Assembly: GCA_028534125.1 (NCBI GenBank)
Contig: CM052837.1
Location: 37,448,001-37,512,000 of the forward strand
Direction of reading: 5' to 3'
DNA from: Lama glama
Taxonomy: Eukaryota
DNA length: 64,000 nucleotides
Positions 36,403-48,524 of this stretch are shown in pieces; the stretch's first letter is position 1, and each line of letters starts with the position of its first letter. A program made the translations under genes and the position numbers. Below the pieces are notes generated by a model. That model made no database searches. It had not been told where the DNA came from and worked only from the letters and a program-made list of their open reading frames with translations.

Positions 36403-36720
36403 TGTCGTGGGGTGAACCGTGTCCCCAGAAGACAGTGCCTGTGAATGTCAACTTGTTTGGAAATAGGGTCTTTGCAGATTTTACCAAGTTCAGATGTGGC
36501 CATAACGCAGTGGGACTGGGGATGTGGCCACCAGCCCAGGGACGCCCTCAGCCACAGAGCTGAAGAGGCAGGAAGGACCCTCCCCTGGAGCCCGAGGAGG
36601 GAGCTCGGCCCTGCGACATCGCGACTGTATGTCTGGCCTCTGAACTGAAAAGGAACACGTCTCTGTTGTGTTAGCTACCAGTTTGTGGCACTTTGTGACA
36701 AAAGCCCGAGAAAAAGCCAC
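36403..36720 (+). mobile_element. MLT1 solo LTR
   Basis: GTGAATGTCAACTTGTTTGGAAATAGGGTCTTTGCAGAT...CCAGTTTGTGGCACTTTGTGACA. Confidence 0.82.
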
Positions 36721-39311
36721 ACATCAATGTAAATTTTTTTTTTTAGTTTTCTTAAAAAGAAAGCTGACGAGGCTTAACAAGGCAGAAGACTATTTCCTAG
36801 GATTTTAAGTCTGACACGCGCTGTAACTTGAAGCGTCACCTCTAACACTCGTGCTCTCCGCCACCAAGAGAAACAGTCTGCGTGGGAAGTAAGTGGGAGC
36901 AAGGCCTGCTCTCTAGCAGCGCGACGGTCGCTGCTTGTCTTTCTGCCTTTTTACTTTGAAACACTTTCCAGCCTCAGGAAAAGTTACAGTAGTAATTCAG
37001 AGAACTCTCATCTACTCCTTAAACCAGATCCGTGATTTTTTAACACTTTGCAACATTCTTTTACATCCAGTAACTACTGGAATCAGTCTCCGTGAAAACA
37101 AGAGAAGGCACCCACTTCAGATGCTGCCTGAGAACCGCTGGTGATGCGGAACCTGGGCCTGGACCCCATGCGGCGGCAGAAACACGTGTCCATCACCTCT
37201 TAGGCTGGCGGCAGGCAGGGAGCACCACGGACGGACGACGGACGCAGGGGCCTGCGCTAGTGTTTGCCCGGCACAGCAGAGTCTCAGCCAGCCAGTCGGA
37301 CGTCTCCAAGGCCCCGCTCTCATTTCTGCAAAGGCCTTTCAGACGGTGAACACTCGTTAGATGCCGAGTAAGTGAGGGCTGGTGGCCGGCTGCTGAGAGA
37401 ATGAAGAGAGCTGTCCGAGCAGGAGGCAGACAGGGCGGCTCCTCTGACACAGGCGAGTCCAGCCTCCACCACTCGGCAACCCCCTGCCTCGGGATCATCC
37501 AGTCCTGGGCTTCCCCGTGGCATCGGTGGCATCGGTGGCATCAACGACACGGCAGTCCCAGGACCGACCAGGCTTCAGCAGTGAACAGGCCACACTGCCC
37601 CGACACCCCAACAGGGGCCAGCGGGCCCCTGACTGAGGGGCCGATGCAGCACCAGCTGGGGGCACAGGCCAGCCCAAGGGGCCCGAGACAGGGGCGGAGG
37701 ATGGACACAGGAGACCAAGGTGGGGCAGACCTGGCCAGGGGCCCCGGCATGGGGGTCACGTGGACCGCTCGGAATCAGCTGGGTGCTAGCTCAGCGGGTG
37801 CTGTAGGTCCCAGGGGACAGGGTCCTAAGGGGAGAATCCCGGGGAGGGGGCCCTGAGGGAGGGTCCTGGGGGAGAGGCTTGGGGGAGGGCTTCTGGGGCA
37901 GAGGCCTTGAAGAAGGGGCCCGGGGGGAGTCCTGGGAGGCCAGGCTCGGGGCACCCTGCCCCACTCCCACGTCTGCCTGGGGAAGCCCCTTCTGCCAGGT
38001 GCGGGCTGGGACAGCCCCCAGGTGCTGTAAGAAATGAAAGGACAGACCTGGGAGCTGCCACTGACTTGGGGACTTGTGGGGAGATGTACCAGGGAGGGCT
38101 GGGGGGCACACAGGGGCTCCCCAAACCTGCCCTATTGACAAGTGTCCACGGCCCACGGGGAGGGCCCCCCGACCCAGACCCCTCCTGAGGCTTCACCGTC
38201 CCTGGCACAGAATGGGGCGGCACAGTGCTGAGGGGTGGGCACCTCTGTGTGAGGACAAAGCCCTGCAGGGTCTTGGCCAGGAAGCGAGCATCCTTCTGGA
38301 GCACATCTTGTGTGCTTGAGTCACAGGGGTGCTCCAGCTTTACTCCAGTTCTGCTCTGGGGCCCCTACCCCAAGGAGACAACCCCGACACACTGAGGATA
38401 AACAAGCCCCAACTCAGAGGAGCAGCAGTGCCGCTGACATGGGCACCGGGATGTTTATGAGAAAGAAGGGGGAAATCAGAGCAGAGAGCAGGACCGAGCG
38501 TGTGCTCAGACCCCTTCCCCTCCCAGCAAGCCCCTCACTCACAAAACTCACAGGTGAGAGGCGTGTCCACCACACGCTTGCACGGGGCAGGAGGACACCA
38601 GGGAACTAGCACCCAGGAGGCAGAATCCAGCATCACACGAGAGACCCCACACTTCCTCTCCTTCTGGGCCCCTAACGCAGGTGGTAGGGATCACACGGTG
38701 TCTGTGCTTGACCTTCACCAACTTGAAAAGGATGTTTCAACTGAAAGGATGGCAGATCGTCCACCCCCTCAGGCCCCAGACCCCACATGGACGCTGGCTG
38801 CGTGGATGTGAACACAGTCTCACGCGGAAAACCTCAGGCTGTCCTGAGGCCGGGTACCCCCCCCGGGGGCACAGGCGGCTCCTTCCTGCCCCCTCCCCTG
38901 CCCTGGGCCCACCAGCACCGAGGCTCTGGCTCTGACTTCTAACGAGAAAAAGGACAGTCCCCGTGGGCCCGGGGCACAAGCAGCACTCTCTCCACAGGTG
39001 TTTCCCGGGGCCCTGGAGGAAGGCGTGGTGCGCGGGGGAGGGGACGGCCAAGTTGTGCCACCTAGCAGGTTCCCTTAAATATGGTGACGTCGTTGACTGG
39101 TGTCCAGGAAAGCCGGCAGCAGCTCCCCGTCCCACCGTGACCTCCGGCTCTGCCAGAGCCCGTCTTTTCCTCGAGGGACGGGGAAATTCTAGGATCAAAC
39201 CCTACGTCACTCAGCCATGCATATATTTCATCAGCTGCCACTGGCACAGCGGCGGCCAGCTCAGCGTCTCAGCCCGAGTGTCGGCTGTGCGTGAAAATGA
39301 CTTATGTGGGG

Positions 39312-39447
39312 GGTGACAGTTCAGGGGCGGAGCACACGCCTCGTGTGCCCGAGGTCCTTGGATCAGTCCCCGTTGCCTCAACTAAAAATAGGTAAATAAA
39401 TAAATAAGCCTAATCTCCCCCCCAAAAAATAAAAACTTAAAAAAAAG
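39312..39447 (+). mobile_element. tRNA-derived SINE (Vic-1-like)
   Basis: Degenerate A and B boxes, (TAAA)n and CCCCCCC-A tail. TSD GACTTAT(G/C)TGGGG at 39299-39311 and 39448-39460. Confidence 0.85.
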
Positions 39448-41290
39448 GACTTATCTGGGGGAAAAAAATCTAAGGTAAGTTAGTTCACATTAAAATATTT
39501 AAAATATTTAAATATTTATTGCAAAAAAGTTACTTTAAAACGACTTAAAATTATGTTAAAAAAGATGTTCTTCCACTTTATTAACGGATGGCAAACCTAA
39601 AATTTTTAAATAAAACTTACACAGGTGATAATTATTTTCTAAACTCCACGTACGTCTCCTTAACAAAAGGTGCACATACCTGTACGAGCAGGCGCCAAAC
39701 AGAAAACCATCAGAAATCCCGAAGCAGACGCCACCGCCACACTTTGGGTGCTGAGCACAGGGCACTCGGGTCCCCGAGACACGGAAGGAGCCACGCCCAC
39801 CCTCACCTGGCCCTCCCAGCCCCTCGCAGGAGGACAGGCCAGGGCTGCTTCTGGGCCCTGGACGCCACCAGGCAGACCAGCACGTGGGACCAGCAGCTCC
39901 GACTCTTCAACACAGCACAGAACTGAGTGAAGGGAGATTTCAGAGGCGTCTGCGGACTCAACCAGATCCAACTCAAGGCAGCCAGCAGTAAAGACACGGG
40001 CAGTCTCCCACCCCAAGTCCACACCGGGGACCCTACGGAGGGTCACGGCTGCGTGTCGGCCATGCCAGTGAAGCCGAGGAGGGCGAGACGGAGTGTCTGT
40101 GATCTGCTTTAAAATCGTCCAGAGGGAAAAACAGGAGACGCGTGAACGGGAAGAGAGCCGCTGGGGGTGACTGCTGCTGGTGAAGGAAACACCCTCCCAA
40201 TTCTGGGTCTGCCCGAAAACTTCCAAAGTAAGATCCGAAAATACAAGCAGGTCACCAAAGAACAACACGCCTTTCACAGACTGGGGAGCACGTGCAACTG
40301 AGCGAGGCAGGGGCTGGAGGAGGCATCTGGTCCCGCAGCCCTCGCCTCCCGGGCTGTGCGGGCCCGCGGCAGGGGGAGGCACAGCCCTACGGTCTGCAGA
40401 GGGCCCGCCTCCTCCCACACATCAGGCAACAGCTGTTGTTTGCGGGCTGACCTCGGGGTGATCGGAGTGACAGCAGCAACCCTGGCCTCCCGAGGGTGCG
40501 GGCCCTGGGGCCATCAGATGAACAGCATCTCTCCTGGCAACCCCGGGACCCACGGGGAGGGACCACACCTGTGACTGCGGACGACACGCTGGGGACCGCA
40601 GCCACACCCATACCCCCAGCCCCGCAGGGACCAAGGACCCCCCGCAGCCATCACGGCCTCAGACTCGGACTTTCAGACCAGCTGCTTCAGGACACTATCT
40701 GGTGTGAGGGGAAGTTCCCCGTGTCGCTGTAGTGTGAGAGCTCTAAATGGGAAGACTGCGTCTCAACAGTTGATACCCTTCGTGTTCCTGTGTGTCCTGG
40801 CGTTAAAAACGCCACCCTGAAAAGGGGCCTCGGGTCTCACCAGCTGCCTGAGGGGGAGGAGGGTCCAGGTCCGACGGGGGTGGGGCAGGTGGGCACACGT
40901 GCACACAGCAGTGCAGGGGGCAGGAACCACTCGCCCACAGCCCCTGGGCCCCTGGGGCTCAGCCCCCCTCCCCACCACGCCTCCCTCCAGGCCCCCCGTG
41001 TCCCCCTCCTGGGCAGGGGCTAACTTCTGTCTGTGCTCCGTCGCTTCCCCTCTGGGGACATGTGACCCAGCAGAGCAGGACCTCGTGGGCTGCCGTGTCC
41101 CCAGGCCGAGACCCCTGCTTCCCGCAGGTCTGCCGGGTGCTTGCTGATACGGCGGTCACCGGCCACATCTGCTATGCCATCCAGGGAAAGGCGGGCGTGA
41201 GGCGACAGGTGATGGATGGAGAGCCTCAGTAAATGCTGGCACTGAGAAATAAAGGTGGAAACGTGTCCAGCAAACCCCAGCTCTAACGGT

Positions 41291-41700
41291 GCTGTGGGTG
41301 AAACCACGCTCCCACTCCCCCAGAAGGTATGACCAAGTCCTCCCTACGGGTGCCTGGGAACGTGACCTCATCCGGAAATGGGGTCTTTGCGCAGGTGATC
41401 AAGTTAAAATAGAGTCGCTCTGGTGGACCTGATTCAGTATGACCGGTGTCCTTATAAGAAGAGGGGAACCTGGACACCAGGGGCCAGGCCGTGGGAACGG
41501 ACAGGAGACTGAGGGATGTCTCGGCCAGCAGCACCCAGGATGGCCAGCAGCTCAGAAACTGGAAGAGGCAGGAGAGGTCCTCCCGGAGCCTCCGGGCGGG
41601 TGGCCCACACCTTGAGCAGGCCTTCCGGCCTCCAGAATAAATCCCTGTTGTTTTACGGGGGCAGGTTTGTCGTACTTCGTTATGACAGCCCCGGGAACCT
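41291..41700 (+). mobile_element. MLT1 solo LTR
   Basis: GGAAATGGGGTCTTTGC...GGTGTCCTTATAAGAAGAGG...AATAAATCCCTGTTGTTTT...CTTCGTTATGACAGCC. Confidence 0.85.
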
Positions 41701-44700
41701 TTTAAAACAGCAACCTAAGTCACAGTGACTGCAGGAAGGGCCCCAGATCTGCGTGGTCCTGTGCACCAGGCCCACCCTCGTCCGACTCAGGAGTGTGGGC
41801 GAGGCTGGAAGATGCATCTTTATGAAGCTCTCAAGGGCTTCCGAGATGAGCGCCACTGACGCGGTCCACCCGCCACCCAAGAGGCACGTGGCGAAGCCGC
41901 TCGTGTCCGGACCCTGGAAGGGCTTCACAGCACGTGGCTCCACCTCGCCTCCGCACCTGGGCCAGGGCGCGCATCCCCACCCGCCGCGGGCTACTCAGGG
42001 GAACGTGGGAGTGCACGTCCTGTGCCAGCAAAAGAGGTGAAGCCGGGCACCCGGGTGGCTCTGCAGGGAAGCATGGACCTGGCACGCCCACTTGCCGCAG
42101 CTGCACCCTGGGCGGCTTCCGGACGACGGATGGACAAACCAGTGTCTGTCCTAACAGCTACACGTCCGTCTCAGTGTCTACCAAGAAAACTACACCCACG
42201 GCACCAAACTCATGATTTCTCGACTATTCTTGCTTCTCAAGACCAAGCAAAAGAAATTTACGAGTGAGGTCGGTGGGATCCCCAGTGTCCAATCTGGGCA
42301 GAGCTCAGGGAAGCTGAAGAGACGGTGCCCGCCCTGCTGGCTTCTCCAGGCACCACGCGTCTGCCGACCTCAGAGGAAGACACCTCGTGTTTGAACCACC
42401 TCCCGACCCTCTGCTGGAGAGGATTTGCCAGACGCGGTGAAGGCGCATCTCCTGGGCTGACCTTCCCGATCTGCTTCTCCCTGGAAGTACTCCCGGCTCA
42501 GCGCATCCTGAGCTCCCAGCTGGTCGCACAGGAACCACCGTCACTGCGGTACTGCCGCTGTCGGAAACGTCTAGCCACCTCTGCTCAGGGGTCCTGGCAG
42601 GTGGGGTTTCCACCTGGTGCAGAATGTGAAGCAGCAGGTGACTGAGAAGCCAGACCAGGGAGGAGAAGGAAGGAAGCTGCAACAGCGCCTTTCCACAGCC
42701 TACTGCTTCCCACACTGTCCAGTCCAGCTCCGTGACTGGGCGGAGAGGGACATCCAAGGACAGTGTCGTCTGGTCCCTCTTTGTTCTACCCATAACGTAA
42801 GAAAAAACAAGAAAAGTCAGCATCTCCAGTGTTAAAGGCCCCTTTCCTCAGGCCCCAGTGGGCCCATCACTGACCCCACAGAGGCCCATCACTACCCACT
42901 TCTGAAAAGTTCTTCAAAACACTCTGAGGTTGAGGAGAAGATCTTCCCACAAAATAAAAGTGATGAAGTCCCAGTGCTCCTATACCATCATAGGCCATGG
43001 AAGACCACCACATCCTTGTGGAGCAAACATGAACTTCCTGCTCATGGAGCGACCCACGCACAACCAGAAGCGAAAGCAAAAGTGACAGCAGGTGGCAGCG
43101 GGCGCAGGGAAACAGCACGGCCATGAACGGGACTGTTCAGAGAGCAAGGCGCGGGCTGCCCCCCAGGGGCTCTGCCTGCCTGGCGGAAGCTCGGCTCTTT
43201 CGAAGTTAATGCCCACATGGCTTTGTGTCCAGACTCCTTTGGTTTCCCTTCAGAAACTAAAAACTAGAAATGGACACACCGTCGGGAACAGCCACCTCAA
43301 ACCACGAGGATGATCTGGGAAACCTTCAGGATGTGAGGAGACCCCGGGCTCTCCCAGGATGGCAGGAACACGTTTCCTCAGCTCTCTCTCCTCCGAGAAT
43401 CTTTATTCAGGGAAATAACCGCCTTCAACGTTTAGTCGGTAGTGAAATCTCATCACTAGCATTTTTAGAAGCCAGTGGATGAAGCACTGGTCTGTAGGCT
43501 CTGAAACGGGCAGCAGAGAACACGCACTCAGGCCACCAGCCAACAGAAGCCACCCTGAGGTGGTTTTCACGGGATGCGGCAGGGAACCAAAGAGCAGAGA
43601 GCTTCTGTCCCACCTCTCTGAGTCTGAGTGCCCTGAAACAACCCTAGACCCCTGCCAGGGGGGCTCCACCCTGTTTGAGGGACAGGCCCCGAATGAGAAT
43701 GTGTCAAAAGCTCTGGGACCTCTCCCCAACCCTGGGGTCTGGGGCTCTCGGGCCCCAAGAGAAGAATGCAGAAAGGCCCTTGGTGCTTTAACCCCAGGAG
43801 CTCCCTGGCCAGCCAACGTAGGGCTCGGTCCCACGTGGCCCAGCAGTGTCCCCCACCTGGTCCCTGGATCTGAAGACCCACTGTAAAGTCAACGGCTGCT
43901 GTTTGGGAAGAAGCTGAGCAGCACAGATCTGAGGGCACAGACCTGACGGCACGTGGGACCTGCCCATCAGTGGGGGTGGGGCGGGAGGAGGCGGGCCGCA
44001 TCCTGGGCTCCAGGCCCCAGCCCTACAGCTCTGCCCCATGAGGCCACTTGCTGCCGCCCCCGAAACAAGCATCCTGTCCCTGTGTCCCGCTTCCCGTCGT
44101 GACCTCTCCTCCTCTCGGGACCAGAGCGCGTGCACCGGCAGGCCTGCTCCACTTTCTGCTCAGAAGGGCGGATGTGGGCCACGGAGCCAGCCGCGGGGCT
44201 GGTGGGAACAGCTGGATCACGCTGGAAAAGCAAGCGGGGTTTTAAGCACAGACGGGAGGGTGCAGGTGACACAAAGCCGCCCTGTGAGAGACCAGGGGTT
44301 GGGCGTGTCTCAGGCCAGCGTGCCCACTTCCCTCCAACGGGCGCAGGAGTCTGGGCCTCAGAACCACCTTGGGAGTCAAGTCTCTGACTCGACCTTGCCG
44401 GGAGCATAGGGGACACCGCTGGTCCGGGCACTGCAGGGCGACCTCGGCCTAGGAGCCGGGCGCCCCGTGATCCTGGGCCACTGCCTGCGCAGGCAGCTTG
44501 CTTCCCGCCTCTACGGGAACTACTGCTTCTGTCGACATTTTCTGAACTGTCTTTGAACTTCCCAAGTAAAAGGAAACTGCTGCTCAAAAGCTTCATTCCT
44601 TCGAATGGGGTGAGATGAGAAAACAAAATACACCCGTTTAAGGTGTGAACAGACCGCACCAGACACAAAGGCCCGCAGAGGGCAGCGTCTCCAAGGCCCG

Positions 44701-46775
44701 TCCGAGGCGCCTGCCCGACACGCTTCCACCGAGGCGCCGCCGTTCCACTCGTCCACCCGAGTCCCGCCACACGACCTCCCTCCGCCTCTGGGGCCTGCAG
44801 CACAACCGGAACCACACCCCACACACACTCGTCTCCTCCGGTCCTCCGGGGCCACCCTCACAGTGGCACCCCCATTGCCCCATCTACCCTCTCACTGTGA
44901 CCGCCTCCCCGAGCACTCACAGCGGGCCGACTGGTGGGTTACAAGAGTGTGTTTCCAGAAAGCCCGTCTGTCTGCATCACCCCACACCGTTCCTGTGTAA
45001 CTCAGGGCAGCCAACCTTTGTACGTGGGGGATCACTCCTGGGACGTCAGTCTGGAGAGCAGCGAGTCCACACTGCAGACAGGTAAGTGGCTGGCGGGGGG
45101 GATTCTCGCTGGGCTCTCCGGGCCCTGGGCATGGCCGGATGACTGCGTCAGAGTGGAGCCGCGGAAGCTCACAGGTCACACCCTCCGTGCTCTGAGAGGG
45201 CGACCTGCCCAAAGCAAGTGTCCCCCTTCCACGAGGCAGCCGTGGCTGCTGCAGATTCTCAGCCCAAGAGGGCTGCTCCACGGAGGAGGATGACCCCCGG
45301 CCTTGGGCCTTCTCGCAGCAAGACCATGTAACCAGAGGGAAATGAAGCGGCTATGGAAGCAAAACCTTACAAAGAAGTGCCTCGACCCGCAAGTAGCAGT
45401 GCTGCCTGCCTTACGTAAATAAGGACATCTGAGAATCAGTCACAAATGCGGATCTTTCCAGAGGAGGACCGCACACCTGTCCCACAAGGTGATGCAGTGA
45501 CGAGGTGCCCCTCGGGGACCAGGAACAGGACTGCTTCACTGAGACTTCCCCCAAAAGATGAAGCGTGCTCTGTGACCCTGGATGTTTAGGATGGAATTTG
45601 TGTGCTGAATCAAGACCTTTGGAAAGCATCGCTTGAAACTAAATCACTTCTCACACCCACCCCCCACAGCCAGTCAGCCCCCCAAAGCTGCCTGGCCCCA
45701 AGGGTCCTGCCCTCTCACTTGCTATCCACTCTCTGCAAAGCAGAAGTTAGGACAGAATTCGCTCCCCAAGTGCCAGGACCAGGAGCTGGTACTGTGGGTC
45801 CAACGCTGGACTGGGGAGGGGTCTGCAAGGACACCCTTTCCCTCCAATAGTTCTTAGAGACTCAGACGTGCCCCCCCACCACCACCATCCTGCTCCGAGA
45901 TCTCACTAGCATTTGTCACCCACAGTGGGTCACATCAGTGGTTCCTGTATGCCCCCCACCCTGGCCCATCCCGGGAGGTCACCGGCCCCTCTGCAGGAAC
46001 TCTGTCCCCAGTCTGGCCCGCAGGCTGGTCTACAGCAGGGCTTCAAATATGCAGTCTCTGTCAGGAATAGAAACTCCGTGAGTATCTGCCCAGCACGACT
46101 AGAAAGACACAACAGCTCTGTAAATGCTGCTGAAAATACGCTAACATCATTTTCCGACTTTCTAAAGAGCTTAGGTCACTGACTTTTTAAGGCCAAACAG
46201 TGATGTTTTAAAATATTTAGTCATTTAAAATCTAAATAAGAGTTAAGCAGCATGGCTGATACAGAACGGAACACTGCGTAAATCACACTGACATCAAATC
46301 TGACAGGTCTGGCTTGTTTTCATCCTTTACTAGAACAACTTTTTAGTTTGTTAGGAACTTTTCCATGATGCCCCCACCTGTGGACAGTACCACCATACAT
46401 ATTCTGCCATCACCCGCACATCGGAACACTAAGCCCCAACTCATGTGTCAAGTGCATAAAGGCAGAGAAGAGAGAAAGCCTGGACACCCCTGCGGTCCAA
46501 GACCCCAGCTGTACTGGCCGCGCCAGAGCCAAGAGCGGAGGACACGTGCCAAGATTAAGATAAGACAACTGTGTATCAAAGACGAAACTGAGTCTTGCGG
46601 CCTCAAGAGAGATTTTCAATCATCCATTTATTCTGACGAGTTAGGCCCTTCAAGCAAACTTGTGGTGACAGAAGAATCTTTCTTGCTCAGGGGATGGGGC
46701 AGATTCACAAGGGAATTCTTGACAACCTACCATCACTCAACAGACTTTAAAATCTGCTAAATCAGAGAGAAGAGA

Positions 46776-46895
46776 GGGCAGGGTACAGCTCAGTGGTAGA
46801 GTGCACACCTAGCACGCATGAGGTCCTGGATTCAATCCCCAGTACCTCCACTAAGTAAATAAATTAATTAATTAAATTACCTCCCCCATCAAAAA
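46776..46895 (+). mobile_element. tRNA-derived SINE (Vic-1-like), well preserved
   Basis: GGGCAGGGTACAGCTCAGTGGTAGAGTGC...GAGGTCCTGGATTCAATCCCCAGTACCTCCA followed by a TAAATTACCTCCCCC tail. Confidence 0.92.
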
Positions 46896-48524
46896 GAGAG
46901 AGAGAGAAAGCCTACATTTTTATGAGAACACGAAGCCCTCAGAGCAGGGGCCAAGATGGAGGAGCAGTGGTTTCTAGAATTCTCCACCCACTTTAACGCA
47001 GCAGCCAAGAGGGCACCTGAGCACCTAAGACATCGGCAGAGCGAGGAATTAGCTCAAGTTCACGGCTCCCCGGGCCCGCTGCAGACCTGCACAGACAGTT
47101 GTGCGGGTGCTCTCAGCTGGTCGAAGGCCTCTGGTAGAGAGCAGAACAGACCGCACGGCTGCCCCAGAAACACAGACCCCCGGGACACCGTGGCCCACTT
47201 TCCCTTAATTTGAAAAACCCCACATAAGGACAATGTTGGAAAGTTGTTAATACTTGGTTCAACATGTTTGCAAATAACACATCGTCTGACTGTAGAAGTC
47301 CTGGGAGCTGCCTCACCCATTCTCAGTGCTGACCACACCTTCCAGTGTGAATGTGTGACCTACGGCAGCAAGGCGTCACCCTGACCTGGATAACTGAGTC
47401 GGGACTTGGAGCATCCCAGAGGGCTGGTGCCCCCGCAGCCACCAGTCTGCCAATTCCGAACGTCAGATACAGGATGTGGACAAACAGCTCATTTTCAAAC
47501 ACAAAACAGCTAAACCCGAACAGCAATTATCTCACCTAATCTAAACCAAATTCTTACACCCAGGATGATGTCAGTGAGGCCCACTTACATGTCATCCGGA
47601 GACTGGCTTCCAGGAAAGGATGAATTTTTGGTTTATCCTAAGGTAAGTACTTTCCACCACTTCCTAAAGAGAACTCTCGCAACAACCCTCCCCCAAACAC
47701 ACACACCTTCCCTTCAGTAAAGGGAATGAAAATAATTATCAAGAGGGCACACTGTCTAAGTTCCTACTTAAATCCAGTAACTTCTGCTTCAGATCACTCA
47801 CTCCTTTCCAGAATAGCAAGGTGTCCAAAGTTTTAAGTTCAAAATGTACCAAGTGGAAGGGTTCTACTATGAGAGAATTCTGTTGTCTACTTCATTATTC
47901 ATGCGAAAAACCCTTCTAAAAATGTCCCTTTCGGGGAACAAACTATTTCCCACTCTCGGAGAGAGTGCCTTGCACAGGCAGCACACAGGCCAGCAACAGA
48001 GTGAATCCAGTCTGTTACCCAAAAGGGAAGTTAGCTTTGATAAGAAATCCATTATGAAAGATTCTACAACAGATATAATTAAAGCGCACACTAGGGCTCC
48101 GCACAGGTGTCTGCGCCCAGTCGTTTCGCTAAACGTGTGGTCTAATTAGCATTTCTGTACACAATGCTGATAACGATCTTGCCTCCGTAATCCGCGACAA
48201 ATACGTCGCTGAGATTGTAGCTCGGAAAGCGTGAGGAAATTCGCTGAGAATCTCAGTCAAACTTTCTTTTGTTTGTATTTCCTCGGTGTCAGAAAATACC
48301 AGCTCTTCACCCATTTGGTTTGCACCCAGGCTCCTCGGTCCAGCCCTATTGTGCGTGGTCCGTTAAGCCCGTAAGTCGTGAATTTGTTAACAGAGCTGGA
48401 GGGACCCCAACTAGCCAGAATCCTCGTCCTGGTGCAGAAATCCCCCATTTGCCATCGGGATTGAGTTGTCAGACAGGGACTCGCGCTACCCTGTGAAACT
48501 GACATGTCTATTTACAGAGAAACA

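Noticed and set aside
37218-37238. REST/RE1-like AGCACCACGGAC
   Set aside because: It lacks the TC of the left half-site and the AG of the right half-site, and sits in a short (GGAC/GAC)n run.
37517-37542. (GTGGCATCG)x3; also (CGAGCG)x3 at about 16696 and AAATATTT repeats at about 39493
   Set aside because: Ordinary slippage micro-repeats with no sign of function.
46776-46850. tRNA-Ala-like sequences (also at 61601 and 29926)
   Set aside because: Each is followed by the SINE tail and poly-A, some have TSDs, and the stems are broken. They are SINE heads, not tRNA genes.
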